A DNA stretch of 64,000 nt from the NCBI RefSeq assembly GCF_006345805.1, contig NC_043008.1:41912001-41976000 (forward strand). Direction: 5' to 3'. Positions 14,576-27,555 of the stretch are shown piece by piece (the first letter of the stretch is position 1; every line of letters begins with the position of its first letter). Origin of the DNA: Octopus sinensis. Taxonomy: Eukaryota. A program made the position numbers and the translations under genes. Under the pieces are notes generated by a model. It was not told the DNA's origin. It made no database searches and was given only the letters and a program-made list of their open reading frames with translations.

Positions 14576-15350
14576 TATACATATATTACGTATATATCTT
14601 CATATATACATATATATATGTTTTTTTATTGTGATTTATCTGCTTTTTTTTTGCTCTTTTTGCAATATTTGATGTACTTTTATTTTATGTTTTCGCCTTT
14701 GATATGTTCTTTAAATATCTTTTTCTGTTTGTTATTGTTTCGGTTTCAATGGTTTTCTTTTATTCCGGACACACAGCCACAGACACACTCATACACAAAT
14801 ACACATATATAAGCGTCTGTTTGTGTGTGTCAGTGCGTGCACACGCCTGTCTGTGCGTGTCTGTGTGTGACATAACAAGTATATATTGCATGTGACACAT
14901 TAAAGAACTCTAGTAAAAGCAAAACAATTGCAAAAATTGAGAGCAAGACATTCAGTCATATTTCTCACACGCACATACACACACATGCACATACATATAC
15001 ACGCACATACACACACACGCACCTACACACAGATAGGTATCCATTTGCGGTTATATTTGTATTTCATATATCATACAGACGAGTATAATATAGATACACG
15101 CACACTGACATACATATGTATATATATATTATATACACACATACACTCATCTATATCTATATATCCATTTATATATACATATATATATATGTACATATAT
15201 ATGTGTGTACATGTATATTATATATCTGTGTGTATGTATGCTTACAAAGGACAAACCCTTTGGTCAATTTCTCTGCGTAAAGGTGGTTCTCCAGCATGGC
15301 CGCAATCACATGACCGATGCAAGTAAAACAATAAGAAACTATTCCATCTT

Positions 15351-15382
15351 AGTCCCGAGCAACGCTGGGTATCTCTGCTTGT
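15351..15382 (+). mobile_element. Helitron-like 3' terminus
   Basis: GC hairpin CCCGAGC-AAC-GCTGGG about 8 nt before CTTG|T (degenerate CTAG|T). Confidence 0.45.
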
Positions 15383-15490
15383 ATATATATATATATATAT
15401 ATATATAGTAGTAGTAGTAGTAGTAGTATAGTAGTAGTAGTAGTAGTAACAGAAAAGAGGAATTTCGATTGTCCCCACGTGGTGGGTTGT

Positions 15491-15825
15491 AATATATATA
15501 AGAAATTTAAAAAGGAACATACGCACACTTACATGGTTTTAATATACTTTTTAATATATCGACCGGTTTCGCCATCCCTATTCATGATATTATGTTTAAT
15601 TTATTTGAATATATATTTTTTCTTAAGAAGAAATTTGGTCTATGTTCACTCGTGAATTTCATCACACATAACATGGACCAAATTTCTTCTTAAGAAAAAA
15701 TATATATCCAAATAAATTAAACATAATATCATGAATAGCGATAGCGAAACCGGTCGATATATTAAAAAGTGTATTAAAACCATGTAAGTGTGCGTATTTT
15801 CCTTTTTTAACTTCTGATACATATT
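15491..15825. repeat. Long inverted repeat (arms about 155 bp), probable inverted Penelope-like terminal repeat
   Basis: 15491-15646 is the near reverse complement of 15670-15825. Each arm carries a hammerhead-like motif. Confidence 0.9.
15726..15760 (+). ncRNA. Hammerhead-ribozyme-like motif, A3-U8 core variant
   Basis: ATATC-ATGAATA-GC(GATA)GC-GAAA-CCGG-TC-GATAT: 5-bp stem I, 2-bp stem II, palindromic stem III ACCGGT, GUC site. Mirror copy at 15556-15590 (-). Confidence 0.6.
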
Positions 15826-16130
15826 GTTGTATCTATGGAGATTCATTACGCCAATATTATTAACAAACGCGGTGGTTCAAGTCCATCTCTTTCTTATTAG
15901 TAATTTGGTTAAATATGCAGCTAATAGATTGCATGTTTAATTTGGTTAAACAGTCAGTCATTTGTTTTGTTTTTGTTTTTCATTGCTACTTGCAATATTT
16001 TGAATGGCCTTCGAAAGTCATGTGTTAATAATATTAATGGCATAATGACTCTCCCTAGACACAACAAAATTTATTTCAACACACGAATTCACACAAAGAA
16101 TCTTGCAAACGAGATACAAAAACGAAGTGG

Positions 16131-16196
<66 letters not shown>

Positions 16197-16281
16197 GATG
16201 GATGGATGGATGGATGGATGGATGGATGGATGAATGGAAGGATGGGTGGATGGATGGATAGATAGATAGATAGATAGATGG

Positions 16282-16312
<31 letters not shown>

Positions 16313-16421
16313 GATGGATCGATGACTTTTTATATATATGTGTATATGTATGTACATACATACATAAATACATGCATACATACATACATACATACATACA
16401 TACATACATACATACATACAT
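16131..16421. repeat. (TAGA)n/(TGGA)n/(TACA)n microsatellite
   Basis: Read directly. Confidence 0.95.
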
Positions 16422-17367
16422 AGGCACAAGCAGTATCTCTGGGAAATTCTACACGCATCAAATTATTTCGTTGTACTTACAGAACCTTGTTGCTCGAATT
16501 CTTTTCGTTTACGACAGTTGGAATGAAAATTGGGGCCAAACCAATGTATCGACCTCGTTTCCTATTCTCATACGGAAACTTTTGTCACGAATATACCTGT
16601 TGGCATCAAAAGAAAAAAAAATACACAAGTGTTATATCTTCCTGTCTCTCACTTCCTTGTTATGCTTAAGGCTAGCTTCCTATTTTAGGAATGCCTTTTC
16701 TTTCCGATAATTTCTGTCATATTCTTCTTAGGGAAGGATCATAATTTTTTTTGGTTTCCCAAATCTACTAGTTCGTCTGCATCACTTATTCTCAAATAAC
16801 ATAATATTTAAATCTCCCTTTCTCTCTCTCACTCTCTCTCTCTCTCTCTCTCTCTCTTATCTCCCTCTCCGTCTCTCTCTTATCTATAAGATTCTACGAA
16901 AAATTAATTTACTTTGTTCCTTTCTTGAAATTACGTTGTTTTTTTTTTCGATAATTTTATTTATCTTCTAACGTAAACAGAGACAGAAATTAAATATATT
17001 GAACATTTGTCAAAGGTAATTAACCAAGCCGAAACATCTGGAATTTCAGTTGCCCACACAACACGTTTCATAGCACTTCTGAAGAAATAAACTATCACTT
17101 CCGTACACACAAACACATCTGTACATATTCTGTAAATAATAATTATAACCTTATAAGCGTTCACTACGTATTGTCTATAGAAAATAGTCAAATGTTGAGG
17201 CATACAAGCCATCGACAGAAACAAAATGGTCATTACTACGCCAGGAAGACGAAACCGTACCTCTTATTTTTCATTATAAATGTGCTGACTATTGCATCAA
17301 CTTAACCGTAGATTTTTGCAGTTAGATTTAAGAACTATAGTTTCATAGCGTTCTATAAATATATATG

Positions 17368-17503
17368 GGGGCAGGCAAGGCTGTAAGGTAAGAAGCTTGT
17401 TCCCACACTGTTCATAGTTCAATCCCCTGCGTGGCAGCTTGAGCACGTGTCTTCTATAATACATAATAATCACGGGCCCATCAAAACTGTGTGAGTGGAT
17501 TTG
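17368..17503 (+). mobile_element. SINE family A 5' fragment, diverged
   Basis: GGCTGTAAGGTAAGAAGCTTG...CTGCGTGGCAGCTTGAGCACGTGTCTTCTA...GTGAGTGGATTTG. Confidence 0.7.
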
Positions 17504-17504
17504 T

Positions 17505-18660
17505 CATTATTTTATTTGACTAATTTTCATTGAACTTCTAATTCAGAAAATAACAATGACAGGCCCTATGCTTACTAATGCTGTGTTTGTCGCTTTGAAG
17601 GTTAAATAAAGTGATTTAGAAATTTCTTGTTTTCTGAAAGTTGCAGGATCTTTTATCCACAAGATTCGATGTGAATTAGAGAAAGAAGATGGAAGCGTAT
17701 TACCTATATCAAGACATAAAAAGCATTCCAAATACTCTGGTTCTATCAGGACACCTAAATTTATTCATGAAGTTAAGATAAACATTGAAGACAATCCAGG
17801 AAAATCAAAGAGATCAATTGCAAAAAGAAGTTCGAAAAAACAATCAGAAATGTTGTGCATGATGACATCAGACACAAATTTTACGTGGTGAGGAGAGGTC
17901 AATTTATGCCAGAAAAATACAAAAGAAAACCGTTTAATCAGATCCAAATGACTTTTGAGCAAACTTAAAAATCCACCAGAAGGTGGTGTGATTTGGTTTT
18001 TCTCAGATGAAAAAATCTTTGATCAGGATCAGAAAACTAACAGAAGAAATAACAGATGGCTATGTGTAGACCCTTCTGAGGTTCCAAGAGTAATGCACAC
18101 AAAATTTCCTGCAAGTATCATGGTCTTGGGTGTTATTAGCAATGAAGGATATGTGATGCCTCCTCACTTTTCTCCTCAAGGTCTTCGGGTGAATGCTGCT
18201 GCGTATATTGAGGTTCTGGATAAAGTTGTTAGCCTTGGATCAAGAGTGTTTGCAATGGTAGGCCTTATGTCTTTCAACAAGATTCTGCACCATCACGCGA
18301 AGTTCAAATGACACAAGAATGGATAGCCAAAAATTTTCAGTATCACATCATCCCCAGAATTTGGCCTCCTAATTCTCCAGATCTCAATCCACTCGACTAC
18401 TATGTATGGGGAAGCGTTGAGAAAAATGTCAATGAACATCCCCATAGCACCGAAGATTCGTTGAAAGCCGCCACAGTTCGAGTCATGTTTAATATGAACA
18501 AGGAGCTTGTAAACAATTTTCACCCCGTGTAGAGGCAGTTATTGAAGCTCATGGTAGTTTTATTGAATGAAATTATTAAATTGATAATTTAGCTTTATGC
18601 TTATGTTATCTTTATAAAAATACAGTTTTTTTCTGTTATCGTATAAGCGTTTTTTTTAAA
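17505..18660 (+). mobile_element. Decayed Tc1/mariner-superfamily transposon with DD37D (maT-type) triad
   Basis: FFSDEKIF, then FQQDSAPS...WPPNSPDLNPLDYYVWG with 37 residues between the second and third Asp. Frameshifted across ORFs 17955-18311 and 18308-18532. Ends approximate. Confidence 0.88.
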
Positions 18661-18670
18661 ACTATATATA

Positions 18671-18713
<43 letters not shown>

Positions 18714-18716
<3 letters not shown>

Positions 18717-18906
18717 AGAGTTTACGAAAAAAACAAAAGACGAAGACAGGTGGTGTACAAAACAATCAGATGTATTAGTATAACGCTCAGGAATAGAAAA
18801 AGTATTTTACGTTTCGAGCCTACGCTCTTCTACAGAAAGGGACACAGAATAAACAAGGAGAGAACGAGGAGAGAAAAAATGTGTGTGGTGTTAACGATCT
18901 ATCATG
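18714..18906 (-). mobile_element. Penelope-like terminal-repeat fragment, family P1, with hammerhead-like motif at 18804-18839
   Basis: Near-identical to 35408-35636 and similar to 42250-42440. Minus strand CTTT-CTGTAGA-A-GAGCgtagGCTC-GAAA-CG-TA-AAA. Confidence 0.65.
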
Positions 18907-18982
<76 letters not shown>

Positions 18983-19519
18983 CCCTCACACACACACACA
19001 CAACCATATATATTTGTTTTATATATTTGTTTTATTTGTCTTGGTCCTTAGGCTGCGGCCATGCTGGGGCACCGCTTGAGGAATTGAAGTCAAACGAATT
19101 GACCTATGTGCTTATTTGAAACCTGGTACTTCACGGCTATCTTTGCACACTATATTCTTAGACCCTATATGCTTATACACCTTACTTTATCCTAAAGCCA
19201 ATCCTTAACTTCCCCCTCAATCTATCTACCTCTCTTTCTAGATATTTACTTTTCCTTCCTTTTACCACTTATATGCCACCTTTGCCATCATTCTATTATT
19301 GAACGTTGATATGTTCGCATCATTTTTCTGGATGTTTAACCCACATGGATCTACGCAGGATTACTCCTAAGGACTTATGCACTTATTTCTACAACATCGG
19401 AAATCTGAACTGTGAACTTTTATGCTTCTTTTTTTCTCTCTCTTCGTCTCCTTATTCCTTTACTCATGACCTCTATGTCGTCATTTCATTAATCGATACC
19501 CATCTCATTTTCTCCTATT

Positions 19520-19577
19520 TGTTTCTGATGATGGATTATCCCATACTCTGGGATATCCCAGAAACAGCTGTAAGACA
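19520..19577 (+). ncRNA. Type I hammerhead ribozyme, canonical core
   Basis: TGTTT-CTGATGA-[TGGATTATCCCA tactc TGGGATATCCCA]-GAAA-CAGCTG-TA-AGACA. Stem I is 5 bp with one GU, stem II is 10 of 12 bp, stem III is the palindrome ACAGCTGT. Predicted cleavage after 19572. Confidence 0.8.
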
Positions 19578-21384
19578 TTGAATTCTTTCCAATAATAACA
19601 ATGTAAATGACTTGAGATATTTGCCTTGCTTTAATGTTTTTTTGTCCTCTTTAACAATTACATATCCGCTGTATCGGAAATCTGCAATGGTTCCATAACT
19701 ACCGTCTCGGCTACAACCTTGGAGCCCCAGTAATCCGTTTAGCACTTACCTAGTGTACCTAATTGTTTAAATCACCTGTGAACTAAATCCCCATACTTTG
19801 TATAAAAATATGCATGTATGTATTGTGTATGTATGTATGTATGTATATATGTATGTGAACGTGTGTGTGTATGTATTATATATGTATATTCCATTGCCCA
19901 CACTAGTTTCATAGTGTTCCTTCTGTCGCTTGTTTGAAAATAATAGAAGACTTACCGTAACAAACCACTGGCAGTCTCCTTCGATTCTCTCTTATCTGAG
20001 ACATATCTATATATGTGTGTATGTGTATGTTTAAGTATATATACAGATGCATATACATACATATATATAATGTATTTAAACCTACATATATACATACGTA
20101 CATATGCACACACACACACACACGTGTATGTGTGTATGCATGTATATATTGTATGTTTCAAATATCCTCTTAAAGTAAAATTCTATTGAATTTAAATTCT
20201 TAAAAACTTATATTATAGTGCAAGTCTATTCAATTTAAATTCAATAGATTTGTACTATAAACAGATATTTGAAAACCACTCTATATGTACATAACGAAAA
20301 TTGTCTCCAAATATTCAAAAACAAAACGACCTTGACAGAATAAAGACGAAAACACGAAAAGAAACTAAAGACAAAAGAAAAGACTCGACAAAGGAATAGT
20401 GATGTAAATGAAAATACAAATTTAAAGGCAAAAAGAAGTGAATTGAAAAGGTACTGACTTTGGTTTATATAAATAGTTTGAAAAACAACTAGACAATAGG
20501 TTCGTATGTCCACAGATTTAGTTAAAAGCAAAGGAAAGAAAAAGATAAATTAAGAAAAATATCCCTGCTGTCTGTAAAATCTCAGAGATGATTCATAGTA
20601 AGTAGTTTTAGTGAACGTTTTTCGGTAGCCAGAATATAGAGATGCAACGATTCTCTTTTGTTGGTCCTGGAGGAAGGAGCAGTACCAGTGGTCTTTTTAT
20701 GCCCTCAACGTGCAGAGAGAAATTGGTATCGTTGACGTTCTTCTTCAACCGGTGATGCAGGACTGTTGCAGGAAAGATATAAGCAAGGAGAGAGTACTAG
20801 AAATCTGATGTTCTGTGATTGAAGGATAGGGCGTTGTTGTTGCTGGAGAGTTAAATACAACGTTAGTGTTATTTGAAGGAAAGATGGGTGAATCAAAAGT
20901 TTCGGAAAGTATGTGCCAAGAGACCAGCCAGTCCCGAAGAGCAGATGCCATTAATGTAAAGGTAAAAATAATAGAGGGAGATTTTATGTATGCAGATTAG
21001 AGACCGAAGTGTGTTTGTGAGTGCATTTTTTGCCAATCAGTTGGAGTTCTCTGGAAAACTTCTGAGGATGCCATATATGTTGTAGCAGCGCCCAGAAGTG
21101 AGAGCACAACTCCATTGATATCCTTGCCTGAGCATTGCAGTCTTGTTGGAGATTGAAGTGTTTTCTGGCCTTGGAGGAGCCACTCCCTGATTTGTGGTCG
21201 CAACAATATTTAGGCGGTACATTTGCCGCCAAATGCTACGCCTCGCATACATGATCGATGCACCATTTTTTGCCAATGGACTACTGCTGTAATGGCAAAT
21301 ATAAAAGAAAAATATTTTGTGTAGAAGGGTCGAAATATTTTCTAATTTTGAAATGCAGGTTTAGCAATGTAACGAAGTGGTTCG

Positions 21385-21712
21385 AGAGAGTGCCAAACAC
21401 CGACCTGTGGGAAAGGACCAGCCATGAGTCCATACAGGTTGAGATTAGACGAAGGAAATGGAGATGGATCGGACACACATTGTGGAAAGAACCCTCAAAT
21501 GTGACACGACAAGCACTTGACTGGAACCCGCAGGAGAAAAAGAAGCGAGGACGCCCGAAGCAGACATTGAAGCGGAGCATTTTGGACGAGCTCAGGACCG
21601 CCGGCTTGACATGGGAAGCAGCCAAGAAACACGCCAATCACAGCAAAAAGTGGAAAACAACTGTTGAGTCCCTATGCTCCACAGGGGACAAAAAGGATTA
21701 AGAATAAGAAGA
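21385..21712 (+). mobile_element. RTE-clade LINE, 5'-truncated 3' end
   Basis: NTDLWERT...EIRRRKWRWIGHTLWK...TRQALDWNPQEKKKRGRPKQT, followed by a short TAAGAA tail. Confidence 0.88.
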
Positions 21713-22129
21713 TACATGTGACGTTCGAAGAGAGATATACACAAAAATCATTCGATGTAGAATATGTGACAGCTTTGACTGGTCTAATGCTGTTTATAAA
21801 TGCAGTCAAGAAATATTTCATTCACGCTTGTAGTGCTTGTGCTTTTGTGTTAAACAATACTAGCTTGCTTTGTCTCGTAGGAGAATGATTTCAAGATTTA
21901 TATACATTTATAAAACAATACAATGCAAATCTTGTACAAGTTGCCAAGGTTACGTATTAATGAGGCTTGTGAGCAGAAGATTAAGAATGAGTAACTGTAA
22001 GCGACGACGTATATATAATGATGTATAAACAATTTCTAACAATGGTGTATCTTTCTCTCTGTCTCGATTTTCAACTTTTGTAAATACATATACTGATTGA
22101 TTTGATTGGTTCATAGATAAACTGATTGA

Positions 22130-22675
22130 TTGGTTGATAATTGAATTGATTGATTGATTGACTGACTGGTTGGTTGGTTAGTTGGTTGGTTGGTTGGCTG
22201 GCTGGTTGGTTAGTTGATTGGTTGGTTAGTTGGTTGGTTGGTTGGTTGGTTGGTTAGTTGGTTGGTTGGTTAGTTGGTTGGTTCGTTGGTTGATTGGTTG
22301 GTTGGTTGGTTGGCTGGTTGGTCGATTGGTTGGCTGGCTGGTTGGCTGGTTGATTGTTTGGTTGGTTGGTTGGTTGTTGGCTGGCTGGTTGGTTAGTTGA
22401 TTGGTTGGTTAGTTGGTTGGTTGGTTGGTTGGTTGGTTAGTTGGTTGGTTGGTTAGTTGGTTGGTTCGTTGGTTGATTGGTTGGTTGGTTGGTTGGCTGG
22501 TTGGTCGATTGGTTGGCTGGCTGGTTGGCTGGTTGATTGTTTGGTTGGTTGGTTGGTTGGTTGGTTGGTTGGTTGGTTGGTTGGTTGGTTGATTGTTTGG
22601 TTGGTTGCTTGGTTAGTTGGTTTGTTAGTTGGTTGCTTGCTTGCTTGCTTGAATGGTTGGTTGGTTAATGGGTCG
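22130..22675. repeat. (TGGT)n microsatellite with an internal duplication of about 183 bp
   Basis: The variant pattern (GGTTCGTT, GGTCGATT) occurs twice. Confidence 0.9.
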
Positions 22676-23663
22676 ATTAACAGACTGAATATCAATATTA
22701 TGAATACGAGTAAATCTTTTACAGGGGGCTTTGTACCCTCTCAAGTGACTGGAAATAGAGGTTTATCTCCTTTTACACCGGATTTTCTTCTCCAATATTC
22801 TCCGGTTGATTATTTAATAACAACAAAAAACTAATTAAATAAACCTCATTACACGTCAGGTACACAGTCCAACCTGTCGGCCTTACAACAATGAACTGTA
22901 CCTCCACACCTGGTTATATTAGCCTATAGGAGAATTATAGGAAAGGTAACAACTGTATTTGACAATGATACAGAATAGTACCAATGAATGGGATAGGATC
23001 CGTCGACTTTTTCATCATCTGTGACTCACAGACCGATTAAAACAAAGTAATAAAACTTTGAATGGTTGTTTATATTCCTAACCATTGTATAACAAATACC
23101 AAACGTTAAATCGCAGATTATAATTGTCTAAGACATAAAGATGTTATCTATAAATTGCCCATTACCTCGGTTTCGTATTTATGGTAGATTAACCGTATTA
23201 TTCTTTCTTCCTAAAAATATTCTATTTTTACAGGAAATCTTCCATTTGAAAATTTTGAAACGTTAGTTGATGTAGGTATTTATTTTTCTTTAATATCTTT
23301 TGTTTCTGATTATTTTATATTTTATTTTATTTTATCGTTTCTTTTTAATTTATTGTTTTTTTTTTTTGCTTTCTTTGGTGCAAAATAAAATCGCCCGTTT
23401 GCTCCAATGAGAAAAACTAAACAAATGACCGTTTTTTTTTATTTTTACTTTTTTATTAGTTCTTTTTCTTTTATGTCTTTGATGTGAATGAGTTTAGTGA
23501 CTTAGAAATAAACGGGCCTTGACCGATTCGTTATGCTTAACTGAGGTCAGAAGCCAATATGATTTCAAGTTGATAAAACCTCAACACAAAAATTATAAAG
23601 AAGAAAATATATATAAATAGCTAAATAAATAAATAATAAAATTCGGATTCAAGCAATAAACGA

Positions 23664-23747
23664 ATGGCAGTTGAGATGAAAAGTGCTGAAATAGCTTCTG
23701 CTGTACAAGAAAAAAAAACTTTAGATGAAATAAACACAGGGTTATTG
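23664..23747 (+). CDS. Candidate first coding exon of an unidentified host gene
   Basis: ATG in CGAATGG context, MAVEMKSAEIASAVQEKKTLDEINTGLL, then donor TTG|GTAAAT. Non-repetitive and protein-like, but no homology recognised. Confidence 0.4.
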
Positions 23748-23806
23748 GTAAATAGATTGCTTTTAAGCTCTACATGCATAGATACATGTATACATAGATG
23801 TGTATA

Positions 23807-23887
<81 letters not shown>

Positions 23888-24117
23888 GTATCTATGTATA
23901 TATGCCGTATGCATGTGTGTGTGTATGTATACATGCATTATAAACTCATACCTACATACATTTAGTCAATTACATGCACGTATATAGGGTATATATGTGT
24001 GTTTTGGATGTGTATATACATACGTATAATGCATATATACTTATATACATATATATGTGTGTGTATATACGCATGCATGTATTATATTCATGAAAAACTG
24101 TATATACGTATATATGC

Positions 24118-24222
<105 letters not shown>

Positions 24223-24739
24223 TATACAAATATATAGATATATATAGATAAATGCTTCAATTGATATATGGATATACACATATTAAGTTCCTTCAGATAT
24301 GTGCATGTGTGTATGTATATATGCACATATGTATTGGTCTATTTACGTGTGTGTTAGTGTACATGTGCGTATCATCCATTTAAATTTATATAAAGCGAAA
24401 GAGTAGGCAGTGGGTGGAAAACGTTCACATGTATAGCAGTTTATTTTAATATCAGCCATTTTTGAATTAGCAGTCTTTCGCTGGAGAAGACGCCATTAAA
24501 TGAAACGCGGTTACAGTTGGCGGGAGAACCGCTCTAAATATAAGAAATATCTGACAGGGCAATCGTTCGAGCCAGCAGAGATTTATATCCTAAAATTTTT
24601 CCTTTCCTCAAATTGAATATAGGAACCGAAAGCAATTTTGATTTCGCTGCAATTGATTATACGTTGCGAACTCAAATCTAGTTTTAAAAGCAACAAGAAC
24701 CATAATAATAGTAATTGTGATGATTTAAAATTTTGGCAC

Positions 24740-24913
24740 AGTGGCTAAGTCGCGTATATCAACCCCACTGTTCAGCTGGTACTTATTTTATCGACCCTGA
24801 AAGGATGAAAGGCAAATGCGGCCTTGGTGGAATTTGAAATCAGAACGTAAACACGGACGAAATACTGCTAAGCATTTTACCTGGCGCGGCAACGATTCTG
24901 CTAGTTCGCCTCC
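24740..24913 (-). mobile_element. SINE family C
   Basis: TACTTATTTTATCGACCCTGAAAGGATGAAAGGCAAA...GGAATTTGAA...CTAGTTCGCC. Confidence 0.8.
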
Positions 24914-25015
24914 TTAATAATAATTATTATTATAACTATTACTATTATTATTACTATTATTATTATTATTATTATTATCAATATTATTACTGTTGTTGTT
25001 ATTATTATTATTATT

Positions 25016-25336
25016 GAGTGAGAGAGCAGTGCATGCCATCAAAGTGACATTGGGGTAAAATATACGAAGCCCAGCATACCCATCAAGACTACCCGTCTGA
25101 TAAGGGTGCACTAGGCACATGCATCACAACCATATGTGCGCGACATGGTGATCTCATATCAAGATAAACAGCACATCACCTTGCAGGTGAGGCCCAGTTA
25201 GAATGTTCTTCTGGTCGCGTAACCCATCCCGCTCAAAAGGTCCCTGAATAAGGGTTGTTTAAGGATGTTGAACGAAATACCCATGTTTCCAGAGGTGAAA
25301 TATTCAAACCCCAAAGAATCCCTCTCAACACATGGC

Positions 25337-25339
<3 letters not shown>
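25016..25339 (-). mobile_element. Non-coding interspersed repeat family E (3' part), embedded in (ATT)n
   Basis: Reverse complement of about 26270-26597. Flanked on both sides by (ATT)n. Confidence 0.85.
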
Positions 25340-25380
<41 letters not shown>

Positions 25381-25420
25381 TATTATTATTATTATTTTAT
25401 TATTATTATTATTATTATTA

Positions 25421-25451
<31 letters not shown>

Positions 25452-25479
25452 GTTATTATTATTATTATTTTATTGCAAC

Positions 25480-26017
25480 GAACCTCTGTAGAATGTGTGG
25501 GAAGCGTGACTCACATTGTCAAGAGTACAACCCCAGACGACAAGGTAGCCCAAAACCTTCACTGGCTAATATGCCGGAAGTATGAGACGAGGTAACGGGT
25601 GCTTGGTATCAAAGTACACCGGAAAAGGTAATGGACGAAAAGGTGAAAGTAAAAATCCTCTGGGAGGAGGTCAAGATATTATCATGAAAGAAAGAGAAAA
25701 GATTAATAACTACGGAGATCTGAGAATTGTAATCGCCATGATGTGTCAGCTACGTGAGTCACACTTAGTTTGTCCCTGTTGTCATCGGAGCGTTGGATTC
25801 GATAACATCCAACCTACAAAAACATCTGAAAACTTTAGAAATTCCCTACACAGTTCTAGATGTCTTTCAAAAGTCGGCATTACTTGGAACTGCACACATA
25901 TTGCGTAAAGTAGTCTGTTTGAGGACGTTGTTTTGACTTGACTGACAGTAGAAACTCTCGCTAGACACAATATCTTCAATCAACAACATCACGATATTGG
26001 ATACTGAGCGGTGACTT
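25480..26017 (+). mobile_element. Decayed R4/Dong-clade 3' end (endonuclease region) ending in (TAA)n
   Basis: LCRMCG, VTHIV, DKVAQNLHWLICRKY, KEREKINNYGDLR, PVVIGAL, LLGTAHILRKV. Confidence 0.78.
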
Positions 26018-26042
26018 TAATAATATAATAATAATAATAATG

Positions 26043-26084
<42 letters not shown>

Positions 26085-26106
26085 TAATAATAATAATAAT
26101 AATTAT

Positions 26107-26597
26107 CGTGTACATTGTTTTGTCTTGGTATAAAAGATGGGCTCCAGCAAATATTCTGCTCAATACCACAGATTTGCTTGTCAGTTGTTTGACCTTAACC
26201 AGTTGAGCATGTCCCTTAGTGGTTGACGATATGTGCATCTCTGATCACGAGCAGAAGTAGTGGGGGAGCATCATGGCCATGTGTTGAGAGGGATTCTTTG
26301 GGGTTTGAATAATTCACCTCTGGAAACATGGGTGGTTCTTTCAACATCCTTAAACAACCCTTATTCAGGGACCTTTTGAGCGGGATGGGCTACTCGACCT
26401 GAAGAAAATTCTAACTGGGCCCCACCTGCAAGGTCATGCGCTGTTTACCTTGATATGAGATTACCATGTCGCGCACATATGGTTGTGATGCATGTGCCTG
26501 GTGTACCCTTATCAGACGGGTAGTCATGATGGGTATATTGGGCTTCGTATATTTGTACCCCAGTGTCACTTTGATGGCATGCACTGCTCTCTCACTC
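26107..26597 (+). mobile_element. Repeat family E, longest copy (about 490 bp)
   Basis: Matches 25016-25339 (inverted) and 32458-32712. Preceded and followed by (AAT)n. Confidence 0.85.
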
Positions 26598-26658
<61 letters not shown>

Positions 26659-26749
26659 GTGATGATGATGATGATGATGATGAGGAGGAGGAGGAGGAGG
26701 AGGAGGAGGAGGAGGAGGAGAGATTAGTAAACTTTTGATATGTAACAAA

Positions 26750-27345
26750 ATGTAGCACTCAAACGCAGACGTAGATCGTCTTTACTTTCTCAGAGCCGAA
26801 GGAGGTTAAGCGATGACCGAGTTTGAACTTGCTTGCAAAACAACTACAACTGTTTTAATATCTTGGAACAACTAATGAATGGATGCTAAAACTCGTTGAA
26901 AATCACAACAGGCGTAGGAAGCTCCTTTTTTTTATCTTGAAGGAAAGCAAAAGTATTTACTATTGATTTCACGAATCGTACCCAGGTTTAACAGCCTGAG
27001 GAAAGTGTGGCAACTGATATTGCAAAAAAAATCAAATAAGATTGATGGCAAAAATCTGCGCCTGGAAAATTGGCTGGTATAGATGGGAGCGAGATCTCTG
27101 CATGGCAAATACGTGGCCCTTAGCAAAGAAGTCGACGTTGACCAGAAACAAACCCTACAAAGCTCAGAGCTAAAGGCAGAGAGCGAAGCATTCGTTTAAC
27201 CTACTCAAGGTCAAAGCTTATTGACCCGTAACTACCAAGACAATGTGATAAAAGAAAAAGGGAGGAGATCTAATGAGCTGGTTCTGAAATGATGTGAGTG
27301 AAACAGTGGACCACCTAGTCTGTGGATGCAAATTTTTAGCATCTT
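26750..27345 (+). mobile_element. Decayed R4/Dong-clade internal fragment
   Basis: [58 protein letters not shown]. Confidence 0.75.
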
Positions 27346-27430
27346 CGGAATATGTCCCCTGCGTACAGCCCCAGAGCAACCAATGCCTTCTGAGGGAATC
27401 TGGTAGTCGGAAACTGTGTGTGTGAACGTC

Positions 27431-27501
<71 letters not shown>

Positions 27502-27521
27502 TGTATGTATGTATATATATA

Positions 27522-27555
<34 letters not shown>

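Noticed and set aside
25060-25110. CTGATAAG in family E as a hammerhead core
   Set aside because: C3-A8 mismatch and no correctly placed GAAA or stem III.
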